This document shows, piece after piece, positions 1-13,500 of a stretch of DNA of 64,000 nucleotides. Each line of letters starts with the position of its first letter. The stretch's first letter is position 1. This DNA comes from Felis catus. Its lineage: Eukaryota. The notes under the pieces are model-generated. The model made no database searches and was not told the DNA's origin. It worked only from the letters and a program-made list of their open reading frames with translations. Where the stretch lies: assembly GCF_018350175.1 (NCBI RefSeq), contig NC_058368.1, forward strand, positions 65,164,001-65,228,000, given 5' to 3'. Made by a program: the position numbers and the translations under genes.

Positions 1-1919
1 CCTGAGTATTTCCATGAAGAGTTCTTCCCTGCAAAATCTACTTCTGTGGTTTCATCAACATGTGTCTGCATTTAACTAGTGATGTCAGTATGGTGCTCGT
101 GGATCTTGAGAGCAGCCATGTTGGAGGTAAACTGCACCAAGCACAGACAGGGCAAACCTAAGACCTGGAACCAGAACTACTCCTCCAACCCCCCAACACT
201 GGCAGGAATATGAGGTATGTGACAGGAGAACTAACCATGTTGTAGATGCTGGAAAGAGACTCATCCTACAGACAGGACAAGACATATTGATGCTATCTGG
301 GAAATAAATATTATAAACAGTGATAGTTCTGGAAAACAGTTTGAGTAAAAGGTGATCCTACATGCAGGATGTCCTGCGATTCTCGAAAAGAGTGACGGGG
401 AAAAGTTGCCACGTATCTTCAGATTCCAAGGCAAGCAGGCAGAAGGGACCAAAGAGGTCTGAGAGCAAGTAACAGAACCCCAGTTTCAATGTGGGGGTTT
501 GGAGACTAATCTCTGAAGGGGGATGAGGAGGACCCCAGTTATAGAGGGATCAGAGGATCAAACAGATTACACAAATGCCGTAAGACAGAGTCAGGGGGAC
601 AAAGTAGAGCCCTAGGTACCAGAATGAGAAACTTGGTCAGTGTGCTAAATAATTGATCGGTTGTTTATGATTAAGTTATGATAACTAAAGTAAAAATCTA
701 GGCAGAACACCATATCAAGTAATTTTTCCTTGGAACTGAGGCGAGTCTGAGCCTGAGGCTGCAGGTCAAACAGCCCACCCCCTTGGCAAGAAGCCTCCAG
801 AGAGATGAGCAGACAGAGCAGGATGCGGACATGCAGAAGTTTCCATGTGGCTGCTTCATCTTTTACCCACATTAAAACTCAAGCCGAATGCCTCACAAGT
901 GTCATAAAGAAGACACCTACATTCTGGTTTTGAGAGGATTAAATGCAATGGGTGTAATTAAAACCCCTCACCCAAAGCAGTGGCACAGTAATGCTCATAC
1001 CACTCTCTTTTTTTTGTTTGTGGCCCAGATTTTCCAGACCTCTCCCACACCTACTGCCCTCAAGTCTGATTTCTATTTATGCTCTATTTCACCCAGTTTG
1101 TACCCGAACCAATCCAGTATCACTTTCCATTTGAAATAAGAGAAGCTCTATCTACCTCTATTAAAAAAATTCACAGTCATACATGTAGAACAAACATGTG
1201 TGTATCTTTTGGAGATATATCAAGGCACAAAAGACCTAGAATCCAGTACACTTTCCTTTTATGCATTACAACGCTCCTCAGAATCTGGCCACAGGAAGGC
1301 TGAGGGGTGAAGAGGCCTCGTGATGCAGAACCCTCACTGGCCATGTTGCAGCTCTCCCTCATCACCTTCCTAGGAAGAGGTGGCCATGGTGGAAGCATTC
1401 TCAGTAATCTCCTGCTCCGTATGTTCAGCTTACATGGTTACTTACGGATTTAGCAGCGCTGAGCTATTTGGGTGGTGTGGTAAGTGGTAGCATAAAGTCC
1501 AGAAGATGTCAGCTCCTGGGGTTTGCAGCAGGGGTGTCGGTAAACCCACTGGAGGCCCAGCTTGAGGAGGACTGACAAGGGCAACTCTACCCCTTGAAGA
1601 TGTACCTTCCATGTGGTGCTGGTGAGTGAGACAGAGATATTTCTTCTTAACTACAACAATTTTAAGCTATAATTTAAGCGCTGACTCTCTGGTACTAGCC
1701 CGATTTCAGATTCCCAGGATTGTTTACACCTGTAGCCCAGAGAATTCCCCCCCCCCCACCCTTCTACCTCACACCAAAGCCATATCAATTCCATTTACAG
1801 AAAAGCCTAAATATATAAAGGATAGGAAAAATGAAGGGTAGCTTCTCAGCTACTTATTTCTTTCCCAACAATTCTCTGTGATACTTAAAAAAAAAAAAAC
1901 TAACACAATATTTTTCATT

Positions 1920-2258
1920 AATTCCGATCTAGATATGGAATCCATTTCTCCACCATTGGAATACATTATAGCAGAGGAGTGTTAGGGCTTGCTCTTTCTT
2001 TGCTGCTGGGAACTCTTTTATCACCCTGTCAGTTGGCCCAGGCTGACCTCCAGAAGGTTCTACCATGTGAGGAAAGGCTCTGCTACGCCAGCCAAGGGGA
2101 CCAACATAGGAGTGAGGCCTCTTAGATCACTGAGGCCACAACCAGGCTAACGCAGATAAAAACAGCCAACCCACAGGACTATGGGAGAAAAAAAATTGCT
2201 GTTCTAAACCACTAATGTTTGAAGTCGTTTGCTCTGCAACAAAAGGAAGCTGAAATAT
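1920..2258 (+). mobile_element. Old MaLR (MLT1-type) LTR fragment
   Basis: Typical MLT1 3' end ttgctgttctaaaccactaatgtttgaagtcgtttgctctgcaacaaaaggaagctgaaata; boundaries approximate. Confidence 0.6.
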
Positions 2259-3482
2259 TCTCTTCTTAGCTCGCATAACACAGAGCTGCAAAAGCATAGT
2301 GTTTAACAAGGGTTAATTATATGAACAAGACCCTTAAAAGCAGCACTGCTTAGCATTTTGTCATTTTTCAAAAAAAAAAAAAAAAAAAAAAAACTTTGGT
2401 TAAATTTATTTTGTCCTGAAGAGCAAGTAAAACAAGGTCAAAGATTATATGGAGCATATGTACCTGCGAATATACTTGCATATGTATATGTTCAATAAGA
2501 ATTATTTCTTATATTTATTAGCATCATTTATTTCAAATTAAGAACTGATGGGGGTCGTTTGCTTGCTTTGGTTTTGGTCCTCAAATCACTTCTCTTGGGA
2601 AATATTACCCAAGAAAAAAACATTTTCCTTGAAATAGGAAAGAATATTCCTCCAACTGCATTTGGCTCCTATTTCCAAAGACACAAGCACTTGGCTTATG
2701 ATGTGGCCAACCGTGAATTTGCGCTGGAACAGCTTTAATTTTGCTTTAATTTAATAATGTGGGACAATGGGTCAGAGAAGAAACCATGGTTCTCTCCCCC
2801 AAGAAAGAGGAAAAATCAGAGCAGGCTGGACAGCATGACTGGTAGTTGAGCAGTTGGATTTTGTTGTGCAAAATTAGAACATAGGCTCAGGGACGGAAGC
2901 TGTGATAGTTCTGCACACTTATACCAGGTGGGCCCTTGGCTTTCTGACCACACCCACTGACTCACTGCCATGGAATTGTGTGAGTCTGGCACACCTAACT
3001 GCTTCATTCTCTACGATGCTATAAAAACTTACAAGCCACGTGGCAGTAGGCTCACTTCCTTTATATTATCCAACAGATCCGGACCAAAATTAGAAAACTG
3101 AAACTTTTCCCCCTAGGACAGTGATTTATTTAGTAACTCTAATCTGAAGACATTCACTTTCAAAACGCTGAGGAAATTGCAAACAATTTATCACACAGAT
3201 ATTTTGGAAGCATCCATATCAATAAAAGTGTCTCTTGCTAGTTTATGACTGGAAATCAAGTAATGATCAACAGTGGTATTGATCTCTTCCTACACAATCT
3301 TCTTTTGAATCACTAATTCATTAAAGAACCATTTAAACTGATAAGGTCCACAAATTTCATTATCTTGAAACCTCAACGAGAAAGTATGAATCATAGTTTG
3401 TTTTTTTTTTAATGTTCTAATGTGGCGATGAAATAATGTCACTTCAAGTAAAAATATTAATTATTTAAAAACAAGTCAATGT

Positions 3483-3600
3483 GGGGTGCCTGGCTGGCTC
3501 AGTCGGTGGAACATGAAACTCTAGATCTTGGAGTCATGAGTTCAAGCCCCATGTTGAGTGTACAGAGTATTTAAAAATAAAATCTTTAAAAAATAAAAAT
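3483..3600 (+). mobile_element. Short old carnivore tRNA-derived SINE
   Basis: ggggtgcctggctggctcagtcggtgga head, B-box-like gagttcaagccc, A-rich tail, no CT-repeat. Confidence 0.85.
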
Positions 3601-3787
3601 AGGTATACCTGTGTGGTTCAGTTGGTTAAGTGTCCAACTCTCAGTTTCGGCTCAGGTCATGATCTCATGGTGGTGAGGTGAATCCCCGAGTCGGGCTCCA
3701 TGCTGGGTGTGGAGATTGCTTAGGATTCTTTCTCCCTCTCTCTCTGCCCCTCCCCCGTCACTCTGTCTCTAAAATAAATAAATAAAT
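3601..3787 (+). mobile_element. Can-SINE located in the tail of the preceding SINE
   Basis: tRNA-like head, ggctcaggtcatgatctca, (CT)n region, (AAAT)n tail. Confidence 0.9.
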
Positions 3788-3871
3788 AACAAATCAATGT
3801 AGATCAAATGATATGAATGATTGGAAAAATTTTTAAAGTTCACCTATTTGTGTGTATATAAAACATATATA

Positions 3872-4092
3872 GGGGCGCCTGGGTGGCGCAGTCGGTTAAG
3901 CGTCCGGCTTCAGCCAGGCCACGATCTCGCGGTCCGTGAGTTCGAGCCCCGCGTCAGGCTCTGGGCTGATGGCTCGGAGCCTGGAGCTTGTTTCCGATTC
4001 TGTGTCTCCCTCTCTCTGCCCCTCCCCCGTTCATGCTCTGTCTCTCTCTGTCCCAAAAATAAATAAACGTTGAAAAAAAAATTAAAAAAAAA
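3872..4092 (+). mobile_element. Young felid SINE (SINEC_Fc type)
   Basis: ggggcgcctgggtggcgcagtcggttaagcg head, CpGs retained, poly-A tail, TSD aaaacatatata (3860-3871 / 4093-4104). Confidence 0.95.
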
Positions 4093-5164
4093 AAAACATA
4101 TATATACAATATCTATTTCTAATTTTTTTGTGTGTGTCATTAGTCATTTTCAGAGTGAGGAATTTAGGGGTAGACAGTAGAGGAAAGTTTTTTTATTTTG
4201 TTCATTAAGTTATTTCTCTTGAGAAATACCACCCAAGATAAACCGTGGAGACCATCTAACAGAATGTTGCTTCTGTTTCCACAGACCCAAGAGTCAAATG
4301 ACATTTGAGGTAAAGACAGTATTCACAAGTGCACACATAAATCTTCATTATGAACTGCATATATTCTGTCCTAACACTTAGAAAAATAAACTAGTACTTG
4401 TGAACTCATTTTCTTTTCAATCTTGCCTTAATCTTTTTTCTTATCTTAACATGTTCATCAGCTACTCTCTGCCTTCATTCTCCTTTTTACCATTGTGTGA
4501 GCCACAGTGGTATCTTTGCATGGCATGATTTTAAGCCTGTGGCTCAAAGTTTAAATATTGTTACCTAATATGCAAATATCTTAAATGATAATACCCACTG
4601 TCGACATTTTTTTCAGTGAAATATAACTACGCAAACAATATCAGTAATAGCAAAAGAACCAAGAGTTTCACAAATCAATAATCATAACACCAGTCATTCG
4701 AAATTAGGAGAATTTCATATGCTTTGATTCATCATAATTAAAGTTAAAGATAATTACTAAAGGACGAGGAAACAGATAAGACGCCTAGAAGTTATAGGAC
4801 CCTAAATGTTTTGCAACAATTTTATTATGGCAAAAAATGCATATTCCAAACATACAAAAATTGGAATATATGGTTAAGTAGATGCTAACATGTTAAAGAC
4901 TGGTACCCAATTATTAAAATATTAGTCTGAAGACTGTGCATCATGTAAAATGTTTACAGTATGATATTAACATAAAAATCAGATTTCAATACAGCATCTG
5001 CACAATGCTTATATCTTTGTCAAATTATATGTATTTATCTTCAAGAACTGGAAACAATTTGAAAACATGGATCAGAACAGAGTAGTAATATTTTGAAATA
5101 TGACTTCTTTTTGAAGTTCCTTTATTATTATAATGTTTAATCATCCATTTTAAAAGTTCATATA

Positions 5165-5382
5165 GGGGCGCCTAGGTGGCTCATTCAGTGAAGCGTCTGA
5201 CTTTGGCTCAAGTTATGATCTCATGGTTTGTGGGTTCACACCCCGTGTCGGGCTCTGTACTGACAGCTTGGAGCCTGGAGCCTGCTTCTGATTCTGTGTC
5301 TCCCTCTCTCTCTGCCCCTCCCCTGCTCACACTCTGTCTCTGTCTCTCGCTCAAAAATAAATAAACATTAAAAAAAAATTTT
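5165..5382 (+). mobile_element. Felid Can-SINE
   Basis: Full head/CT/A-tail structure; TSD aagttcatata (5154-5164 / 5383-5393). Confidence 0.95.
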
Positions 5383-7871
5383 AAGTTCATATATATTTCC
5401 ACTAATGAATTTAATCCTTTAATTCAGTCAGATAAGAGGAGCTGGTAGAAATCTCAGTCCATAAACTCTCATGATGAGTAAATATAAAATTACTTTTCTG
5501 TATCTAAAGTTAATTTCTTTTAGGTCCCTATTCTCCTGAATCTCAGTCAGTGCAGGGTCTTCTGCGCTTCTCAGAATCCCATCCTTGTCCATCTCTGTCT
5601 TTCACTCCTTGGTCATCACTCCCTCCTTCCTCTTTTTTCATTTCTTGGCTTTCTTCAGTCAGCTCTTGTCTCTGATATTCTCTCTCTCATACTACACTCA
5701 GGAATGTGGGAAACTGTCTATTTCTTCCATTCATCAGGGCTGTAGCTAAATTCTGATTCCCCATCAGACACATGGGATAATTCAGCACCAAAATGGGGCT
5801 GTCAAACCCCTGGGTGACTGCTGCTCAGCCACCTTCCCAGATACCCCTAAACAATTCCTTTGCTCCCAGTTAAACTTTCTGCAGAAAACTCTGAGGTCAC
5901 CGTTCCCACTGCCACTACCAAATTTTATCCTGAAAAGGGTATGCAGCTTCTCTGTGCTCCAGATTCCCATTCTTACAGGAAATTTGATCATCCCCCTCAC
6001 TCCAGTCATGGACCAGGCAGCAAAATGGACCGAACTCAGGTGCCCTTTGCAGATCAACACATATTTGCATTTACACCTCCCCGTAACCAAGAGGAAGGAT
6101 CGTGCTGAAGCCTAGTTTTTACACTGTCATGATTCTTTCTGGCCTGTGGTCTCTCATGGCACAGGCCTTTGGGAACCAACAGCCACATGGTGACTATTAT
6201 GTTCTCTATGTTTTCACTATCACTCTCTGCAGAGGCAAAAAATGACAATGATCAAAGAGGATTAGGCAGTAGGAAAAAGGAAATGCAAGAGAAGACCATC
6301 ATATTTCAAAATCTTATTGTGCCATTCCATGATTATGAGTTTTGTGTAAACTCAAGAGAAGTCCTTGTGGCTTTATCCACAGTCGAGAAAAATTACATAA
6401 TATACGAGGCCATACATTTTGGATGACTCATACAGATACGTGTGATTATAAAAACAGAACTACAGTTTTTCTTCTATTAATGTTGCTGTGTGGATAACTT
6501 CCAATTCAATTGTTTAGACAGATGTTGAAACAGGTTCGCAAATTTCCTCTCCATTATTCAGATGCCCAAAAACTATTCATTATTTTCTACAAACAATCCC
6601 ATGTTTCTATGAAACCCCATCCCACTTGTGGCATAAACAAAACACGCATTTGTAAATTGATGGTATTTCATAGGATGGGGCTTTGACAAATTCTTTAAGG
6701 GAACCCAGTCTCTACCAGCTGAGTGCTCAGACATTTCCTTCCTGCCATATCACATCTCCATCCCATTCTCCCCAGGATGGCTTCTAGGTTTAGGGAGGGG
6801 TGGGGGAATGTTATAGGGCTTACTTGACCAATGAGGACATAGGATCCAAACATGCATATCTGTGGGCTTTGCTGAGACCCTGTTCACCTCTACCAGAGAC
6901 AGGGGCTGTTCTCACGCAATATCTGAGTCACTGCACAGTTTCTGAGATTTCACTAGTACCCTATGGGTTATCCTCTAGTGTGGTCAGGGTTCCTCATCCT
7001 CCCCGGCAAATCTGGCTCTAGTCCAGAACTAACAACCTTCTGAATTGTAGCAAGTTTCCATTCAGACCAAGTCTTTAGACTGTCTTCAGCCTCAGCTTCT
7101 ACAATGGTGTGACTTTGTCCCTAACCCAGGTGGCCCCTTGGCATTTTGAGTGCATCTCAGCACAGCTACCTTATACATCCCACTCAGCTCACCAGGAAGT
7201 CCTTCCCACATCTCATCCACAACACACAGCAGCCGAGGGAGGAGCTGAAGCATTCGCGCATGCACTTTCTTTGCCTAAAAACATCAAAAATTTTTCACTC
7301 TGAGGCAGCTATAGCACATTGGTTCCAAGTTACACTATACCGCCATCCCATTCAAGAGTGTCAGTTTCAGAATGGGACACCAGCTTTCGCTACTTCTCTT
7401 CCCCCTGAAACTACAGAACACTGTCCTTCCAACATCTCAGCCAGAAAAGCCTGAACGTACATGTCTGACCACCTGTTTTCTCTGCCTCTTATTTCTCTCT
7501 CCTTCCTTCTCTCGCTCCTTCCCCAGAACTGGCAGGGCGTTCTTCTAGTTCCCTTTCTCAGAGATAAGGGACTTCTCTTACATTATATCTGCTTCTTACA
7601 AAGACAGAATACATCCTTTCCACATCGTAGTTTTTCATAAGTTGAAAGACAGCTACTGGAGAAATAGCCATAGGGGCATATGATACGCCGAAGATAGAGC
7701 AAAGAATGAGGTATACGCTCATCTAATATTTTCAAAATACAATCTCCATTACCTTGTTCGTAACATAAACTTATATTAAATAGACCTTTTCATGGTCAAA
7801 GTATATTAAGTAGCCCTTTTCATATAAATATATGTTAGTCCAAACAAGATTTTGTGATAGGATTGTGAATA

Positions 7872-8036
7872 TTTTTTTTAACTTTTTATGTATTTATCTT
7901 GAGACGGAGAGAGTATGAGCAGGGGAAGGGTGGGCACGGAGTCCAACACAGGGCTCAATCTCATGAACTGTGACATCATGACCCGAGCTGAAATGAAAAG
8001 TCGGACGCTCAACCAACTGAGCCACCCAGGCGCCCC
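7872..8036 (-). mobile_element. Can-SINE with internal deletion
   Basis: Reverse-complement head (...ctgagccacccaggcgcccc) and T-rich tail; the segment normally between the CT region and the B-box region is missing. Confidence 0.9.
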
Positions 8037-8702
8037 ATGAATAATTTCTAGAAGACTTTTAAACAAGTTAACCAATTTAAACAAGATTTTGTTTAAAAAA
8101 ACAATCAACAAACAAGATTTTGTGGGAGATAGTATTGTAATGGCAACTGTAGGACCCCACCCTCACACTTCAGGTTCAACTTTCATCATCCTCCTCCTTC
8201 ACCAGAGTGCTCATATTTCCCAGATTATCACATGAATGGCAATGTACCAGATCAAATTTTTCACAATTGTTATGAAGTGGCCAATGATGATCAGCTCTTC
8301 ATCATAGAATATTTAGGTTTGGAAAGAATCTGACTTATCAATTAAGCAAAACAGGAAATTCTTGCATGCCAGAAATGGTCTTTAGTTTTTAAAAATGTTC
8401 TTTAGAACCTGTCTAGATGTCTTTGAGAAATTATATAAAATAGAATTTTTGATTTCTCCAGATATTTTCCATTTCATATTTCCATTGGCCCCATTTAATC
8501 ACAAATTATTATTATTATTACTCTATGTAGAATAAATATGTATGGTATTTTTAATGCATATCTGTTGATTAGTTTTCAATTGATCATTCTCTGGAGTCCT
8601 TCTGAATAATAAGAAAAATTATTGTTGAGAAATATAACACTTGCAAAGCTGGAGAGGATCTTGAACATCACTTAATTCAAATTTGTTAACTGTGTTTTTG
8701 CC

Positions 8703-9020
8703 TCATTCATTCATTCATTGAACAAATGTTGACTGAACACTGACCATTCTACGCACCATTCTAGGGCCTGGAACACAGTCATAAATCAAATGGCCTAAAC
8801 TTGCTGCTCTCAGGGAGCTTACATTTTAATTTATGAGACGTTAAAGATAAATAACTGAGATGTATGGTATGTTAAAAAAAAAAAACAGGTGCAAGTTTGC
8901 AGAAAACAACAGCAGGAAAGAGGAAACTGTAATGAGAAATGGTGGATACTTCAATATGGTGGTTGAGGAAAGTCCTCAAAGAGAGGCTGACTTTTGAGTA
9001 AAAAATATGATTGAGGAGGG
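8703..9020 (-). mobile_element. L2 LINE 3' fragment
   Basis: (ttca)n L2 terminus followed by aacaaatgttgactgaacac...cagggagcttacatt. Confidence 0.65.
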
Positions 9021-9179
9021 CCCAGGAATGGGAGTGCTAATAAATTAGGAAAAATTCAAAGCTTTGAAAATACAAAATCTTGACAGGGTCAAGCAGCAGG
9101 AAAATAGGCACTCTCAGACGTTGCAAGATTTCTCAATATCTAATGAAACTATGTATGAATTCCCCCTTTTTCAAAAAAC

Positions 9180-9412
9180 TTTTTAATGTTTATTTATTTT
9201 TGAGAGAGAGATAGACAGAGCCGAGCGGGGGGGGGGGGGGGGGGGGCGGGTGGTGGGCAGAGAGAGGGAGACACAGAATCCAAAGCAGGCTCCATGCTCT
9301 GAGCTCTGAGCTGTCAGCACAGAGCCTGATGTGGGGCTCAAACCCACAAAGTGTAAGATCATGACCTGAGCTGAAGTCAGATGCTTAACTGACTGAGCCA
9401 CCCAGGGGCCCC
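9180..9412 (-). mobile_element. Felid Can-SINE with expanded G20 run
   Basis: Reverse head ending cccaggggcccc; 20 consecutive G at 9227-9246. Confidence 0.92.
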
Positions 9413-9589
9413 TGCATTCGGCTTTGACCCACTGTTCCCACCTCTAAGAATCTATTCCCCATGATTTTAAAACAATATAAGCACAAACAAATAAGAACAT
9501 TATTTACAAAAGCAAATTAATAGAAAATATTAGAGTCAGCAAAATCCTTAGGAGGTTGTATCAAGAAAATATGGTATTTAATTATTATT

Positions 9590-9655
9590 ATTATTGTTTT
9601 AAGCCACTAAATTTGGGGGCAATTTTTTCCACATCCATAACAACTGGGACAAACA
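9590..9655 (+). mobile_element. MLT1 LTR 3' terminal fragment
   Basis: tgttttaagccactaaatttgggggcaattttttccacatccataacaactgggaca. Confidence 0.55.
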
Positions 9656-9659
9656 GTGA

Positions 9660-10910
9660 TGGATAATAAAATGCTGAACAATCGAAGAAAACTCATGCGT
9701 TCAAATGACAAGCAAGAAAGGGAGAAAGAAAAAGAGAAAAGCAATAAAGGGAGAAATGAGGGGAAAAGGAGGGGACGCATATTACAGTTTCCAGCTAAAA
9801 AGTACAGAATAAATGTTAGAATTACATCTTTATTTTGCAGTCACCAAGGTAACAGCTAATTTAAACAAGGATCATCAATGGATGTTAAATCCTTTGGATA
9901 AAAACTGGGGGTAGTGGGAGCAAGGAGGAGTAGCAATGTACTCACCAACTCTCACGGTATCATCCACAAATTACTCACTAATTGCAAAAGGAAACAATCG
10001 ACCTTTCTAATGGAGAGAGCTGGCAGAGACCAACTTTACCAAGTGATTCAACTCCGCATCACTGATAACTGGAACACCTGCGAATATGAGCCACCCTGAT
10101 GTGATACATACATCACGTATTCTTGCCGAAAGTATTGAACCTGGGTTTATTCATGAGATTTTTTAAAAAATACATGACAGGGGCGCCTGGGTGGCTCAGT
10201 CGGTTAAGCGGCCGACTTCAGCTCAGGTCACGATCTCGCGGTCCGTGAGTTCGAGCCCCGCGTCGGGCTCTGGGCTGATGGCTCAGAGCCTGGAGCCTGC
10301 TTCCGATTCTGTGTCTCCCTCTCTCTCTGCTCCTCCCCCGTTCATGCTCTGTCTCTCTCTGTCTCAAAAATAAATAAAAATAAAAACATTAAAAATTTTT
10401 TTTAAAAATACATGACAAATCAAAAATGTGGGACAATGTCCAACACAGCTGATCTGATCTTTCAAAGTCGATGTTACAACAATACCAACAACAAAAAGAC
10501 TGGAGATTCTTCCAGATTAAAATGGACTCAAATGGCACAACAAGCAAATGGAATGTACGAACATTAAATGTAAAGGACTGCATATTAGATAATATTATTG
10601 AATTTTTGTTTCATTTTCTCAGGTGTAGTTATGGTGCTGTGGTTACACAGGGGAATATATAATTTCTTAGAACAAACATGCTAATGTATGTAAGGATGAG
10701 ATGTTATGATAGCTGTAACCTACTTTCAAATAGTTTAGCAAATTAAAAAGTACAGGTGGTGGGGAGGGAGGGAAAGAAGAGAAGAGAGGGACAAAGAGAA
10801 AAAGCAAAGGAAGCAAAATGTTAACAATTGGTGAATCTAAATGAAGGCTATGTGCTTATATATTGTACTAACCTCCCAGCCTTTATATAGGTTTAAAGTT
10901 AAAAAATTTT
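9660..10910 (+). mobile_element. Old L1 (L1MC/L1ME-like) 3' UTR fragment, interrupted by a SINE
   Basis: Motifs such as ttccagattaaaatggac...caagcaaatggaatg and gcaaaatgttaacaattggtgaatcta. Confidence 0.6.
10180..10403 (+). mobile_element. Young felid SINE (SINEC_Fc type)
   Basis: Near-consensus with CpGs intact; perfect TSD aaaaatacatgaca (10166-10179 / 10404-10417). Confidence 0.95.
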
Positions 10911-11189
10911 TTTGTGTTAAAAACAAGATAGAGTACTGGAGCTAAACTGGAAGCCAACAAGTATAGACATATATTTTGTGGAATTTTGCTACAAGATAGG
11001 AGAGCATTAGGACAGGTAAATAGGAGAAATGGGAATCCTTAAATTTCTTGATTTTTTAAGAGACTAATTCAGAATACTTTCACATGGATCTATAATGTAT
11101 ATATAGACATCCTGAAAAAATTCTTACCTCTGGAGTAATCTTAGCTTTATCATATTCCCATAACTTTTTTTTTCCTTTCCTTTAAAAAT

Positions 11190-11530
11190 ATTCTACAATT
11201 ACCAAGGCAGCATGCTACTGGAGAGTGAAGAGACAAATAGATCCATGTATGTATACAATAAAGAATCTAGAAATGGACCCACATAAAGATAACCAACTGA
11301 TTTTTGACAAAGAAGCAAGGGCAATACAGTGAAAAAATAATCTTTTCAACACATAGTGCTGGAATCATTGGACATTCACATTCCAAAAACTGAAACTAGA
11401 CACAGACCTTATACCCTTCACAAAAAATAACTCAAAATGGATCATAAACCCAAATGTAAAACCCAAAACCATAAGACTCAAAGAATACAACATAGGAGAA
11501 AATCTAGATGACCTTGGGTATGATGATGAC
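11190..11530 (+). mobile_element. L1 ORF2 fragment (degenerate)
   Basis: caactgatttttgacaaagaagcaag...cttatacccttcacaaaaaataactcaaaatggatc...aacataggagaaaatct is characteristic L1 ORF2 sequence. Confidence 0.85.
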
Positions 11531-13149
11531 TGGTTAGATTCATAGACTCATGATTGATACAATACTGATGAATAATGAAACCTACCAAAGTCACAATCAT
11601 GATAAAGGCAGGATTCTGCTAACCTCTGGTAACCTCCATCTCTGTAGCCAAATTCATCTTGTCCATTCTGGATGGGAGGACACACTAGCACTTATTTTAC
11701 GTTGTTTCTGAACATTTGCACTCGTCTGAAGAGACTTTTTGAGAAAAGTCTTGGCTCTGCCTGAAGGTCTTCCTATAGCAGACCTCAGGGATAAGAAACA
11801 CGAGTTCAGCTTTTTAATTATTTCATCAAATTCCAGCCTTGCCTAAGTTCTAAAGTATGTGGATTGCCTTGCAATCAATAAGATGGAACATCTACATTTG
11901 ACTGATTCCTTTCAGAAAACCCATAGAGACCATTATTTCTCCAGATAAGGACAGAGCAGCCATTATTTCCTGAGATTCTCTAATTTTCACCTTTTATCTC
12001 ACCTTTCACCTCAGATCATGAGAAAGAAATATGCATTTACTATATTACATTAACTCTCCCCACACAGGAACAACTTTTCAGATCTACAATTTAATATTGT
12101 GCCTTGCCTCTTGTCTGGACAAGTATAAGAAACAGTGATGTGATATTGCACGTGGCTTCATTTGTTGTTCATACATGATGGGAGTTTACCATGAATGTCC
12201 TTTTCTTGTAATGTCACGTGACACACTCTTCTGTGTTCAGAACTAAGATATACTGACTATTTCTCATGGTATGGCATCCTTTACCAAATGAGAATTATTC
12301 AACTCAGCACTCTTCACTCCGGCCACTAGGAAGCTAAGTGATCTATTCTTCATTAGCTTTCTTCACTTCCCAATCCCTATCAGTCTGCCCTTGTTTTCAT
12401 TTCATAAAAACTCGCTTCATCTCCCCAATATTACAAAGGTCTTTACATATTCTATGGAAATACCTCCTAAGCATGTTTGCTAAGCAATTTAACTATGTGT
12501 TAATGGGTGGCATTCATGAGGAAAAAAACAGGCAAAGAGCCACGTTGAATATCCTGAAGGGGGCTCTCAGACACTCACAGCCTGTCAGACATCCAAACAA
12601 CAATTGTCATAAAATTAAATAAGAACCATAATAGAAACAGGTAAAAGGTGCAGTGGGGATATGGTTTCATAGAAGAGAACTAGAAGACCTCACAAAAAAA
12701 ATGTGAAACCTTAACCAGGTTCTAGAAGGATGAAGAAGAATTTTGGGGCAAATATGTTTCCAATGGATGGTGGGGCATGGGTCCCATGGCACAAATGCAG
12801 CATATATCAAACATCATTGCTCTGTAACCAAATGCATCCCCTTAGACCCTGGTACTGTAACTTAAACTGATTCAGTTGTTCTCTATCCTATAGGCTCATA
12901 AAATCTTCATCTATCTAGGAAGTTCAAGAAAACAGCGCCTTTGATTCATTTTACAGTCTTCTAAATCTGTGTCTTTTGCCTGAACACATCCTTTTGAAAT
13001 TCAGAAGTCAGGTATTTGATTGTTTTCATAATTTTTGCGTTGGTGCTGTGTCACCCCTTCTCAGAGGTAACGGCAGCAAGATATAACACTTCGAGAAAGG
13101 GGTCAACAGGTTAATAGTGGCCAGTATTGGGTATAATGGCAAAATATCA

Positions 13150-13500
13150 TCCCTTCCCCAGAGGAACTTCAGTGGTGAAAGGAATCTTAGATATTACCTA
13201 ATATCTCACCTCCATTTTATGGAATAAATATTTGATGCAAAAAAAGGTAGAGTGATGCTCCCAAGACCATCCCAGTCAGTTGGAGTTGCAGACCACACCC
13301 CTGACTCCTGCCTCAGCAACATTCCAGGACTCATCAGTATAGTCCTTTAATTCGGGGCACAAATGAATTTCCAAGAGAATTTGTTAAAAATGTATTAAAG
13401 GTACATATTTTAGGACTCCATTGTTAGAGATTTAAGTATGGAGAGGGGAGCCAGACACCTGCATTTTAAGCAAACTTTTCAGGTGATACTAATGCAAAGG
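13150..13500. mobile_element. MIR fragment followed by MER5-like hAT fragment
   Basis: ctccattttat...aggtagagtgatgctcccaag (MIR core); cctgcattttaagcaaacttttcaggtgatactaatgca (MER5). Confidence 0.5.

Noticed and set aside
3483..3560. tRNA-like sequence with A and B boxes
   Set aside because: It is a SINE head with an A-rich tail, and no intact cloverleaf is evident
3821..4140. Recurring ORFs such as GAPGWRSRLSVRLQPGHDL and MAQSVKRPTSAQV (also near 5176, 9183, 10191, 14251, 23479, 42586, 55537) that look like a gene family
   Set aside because: They are translations of Can-SINE copies, not genes
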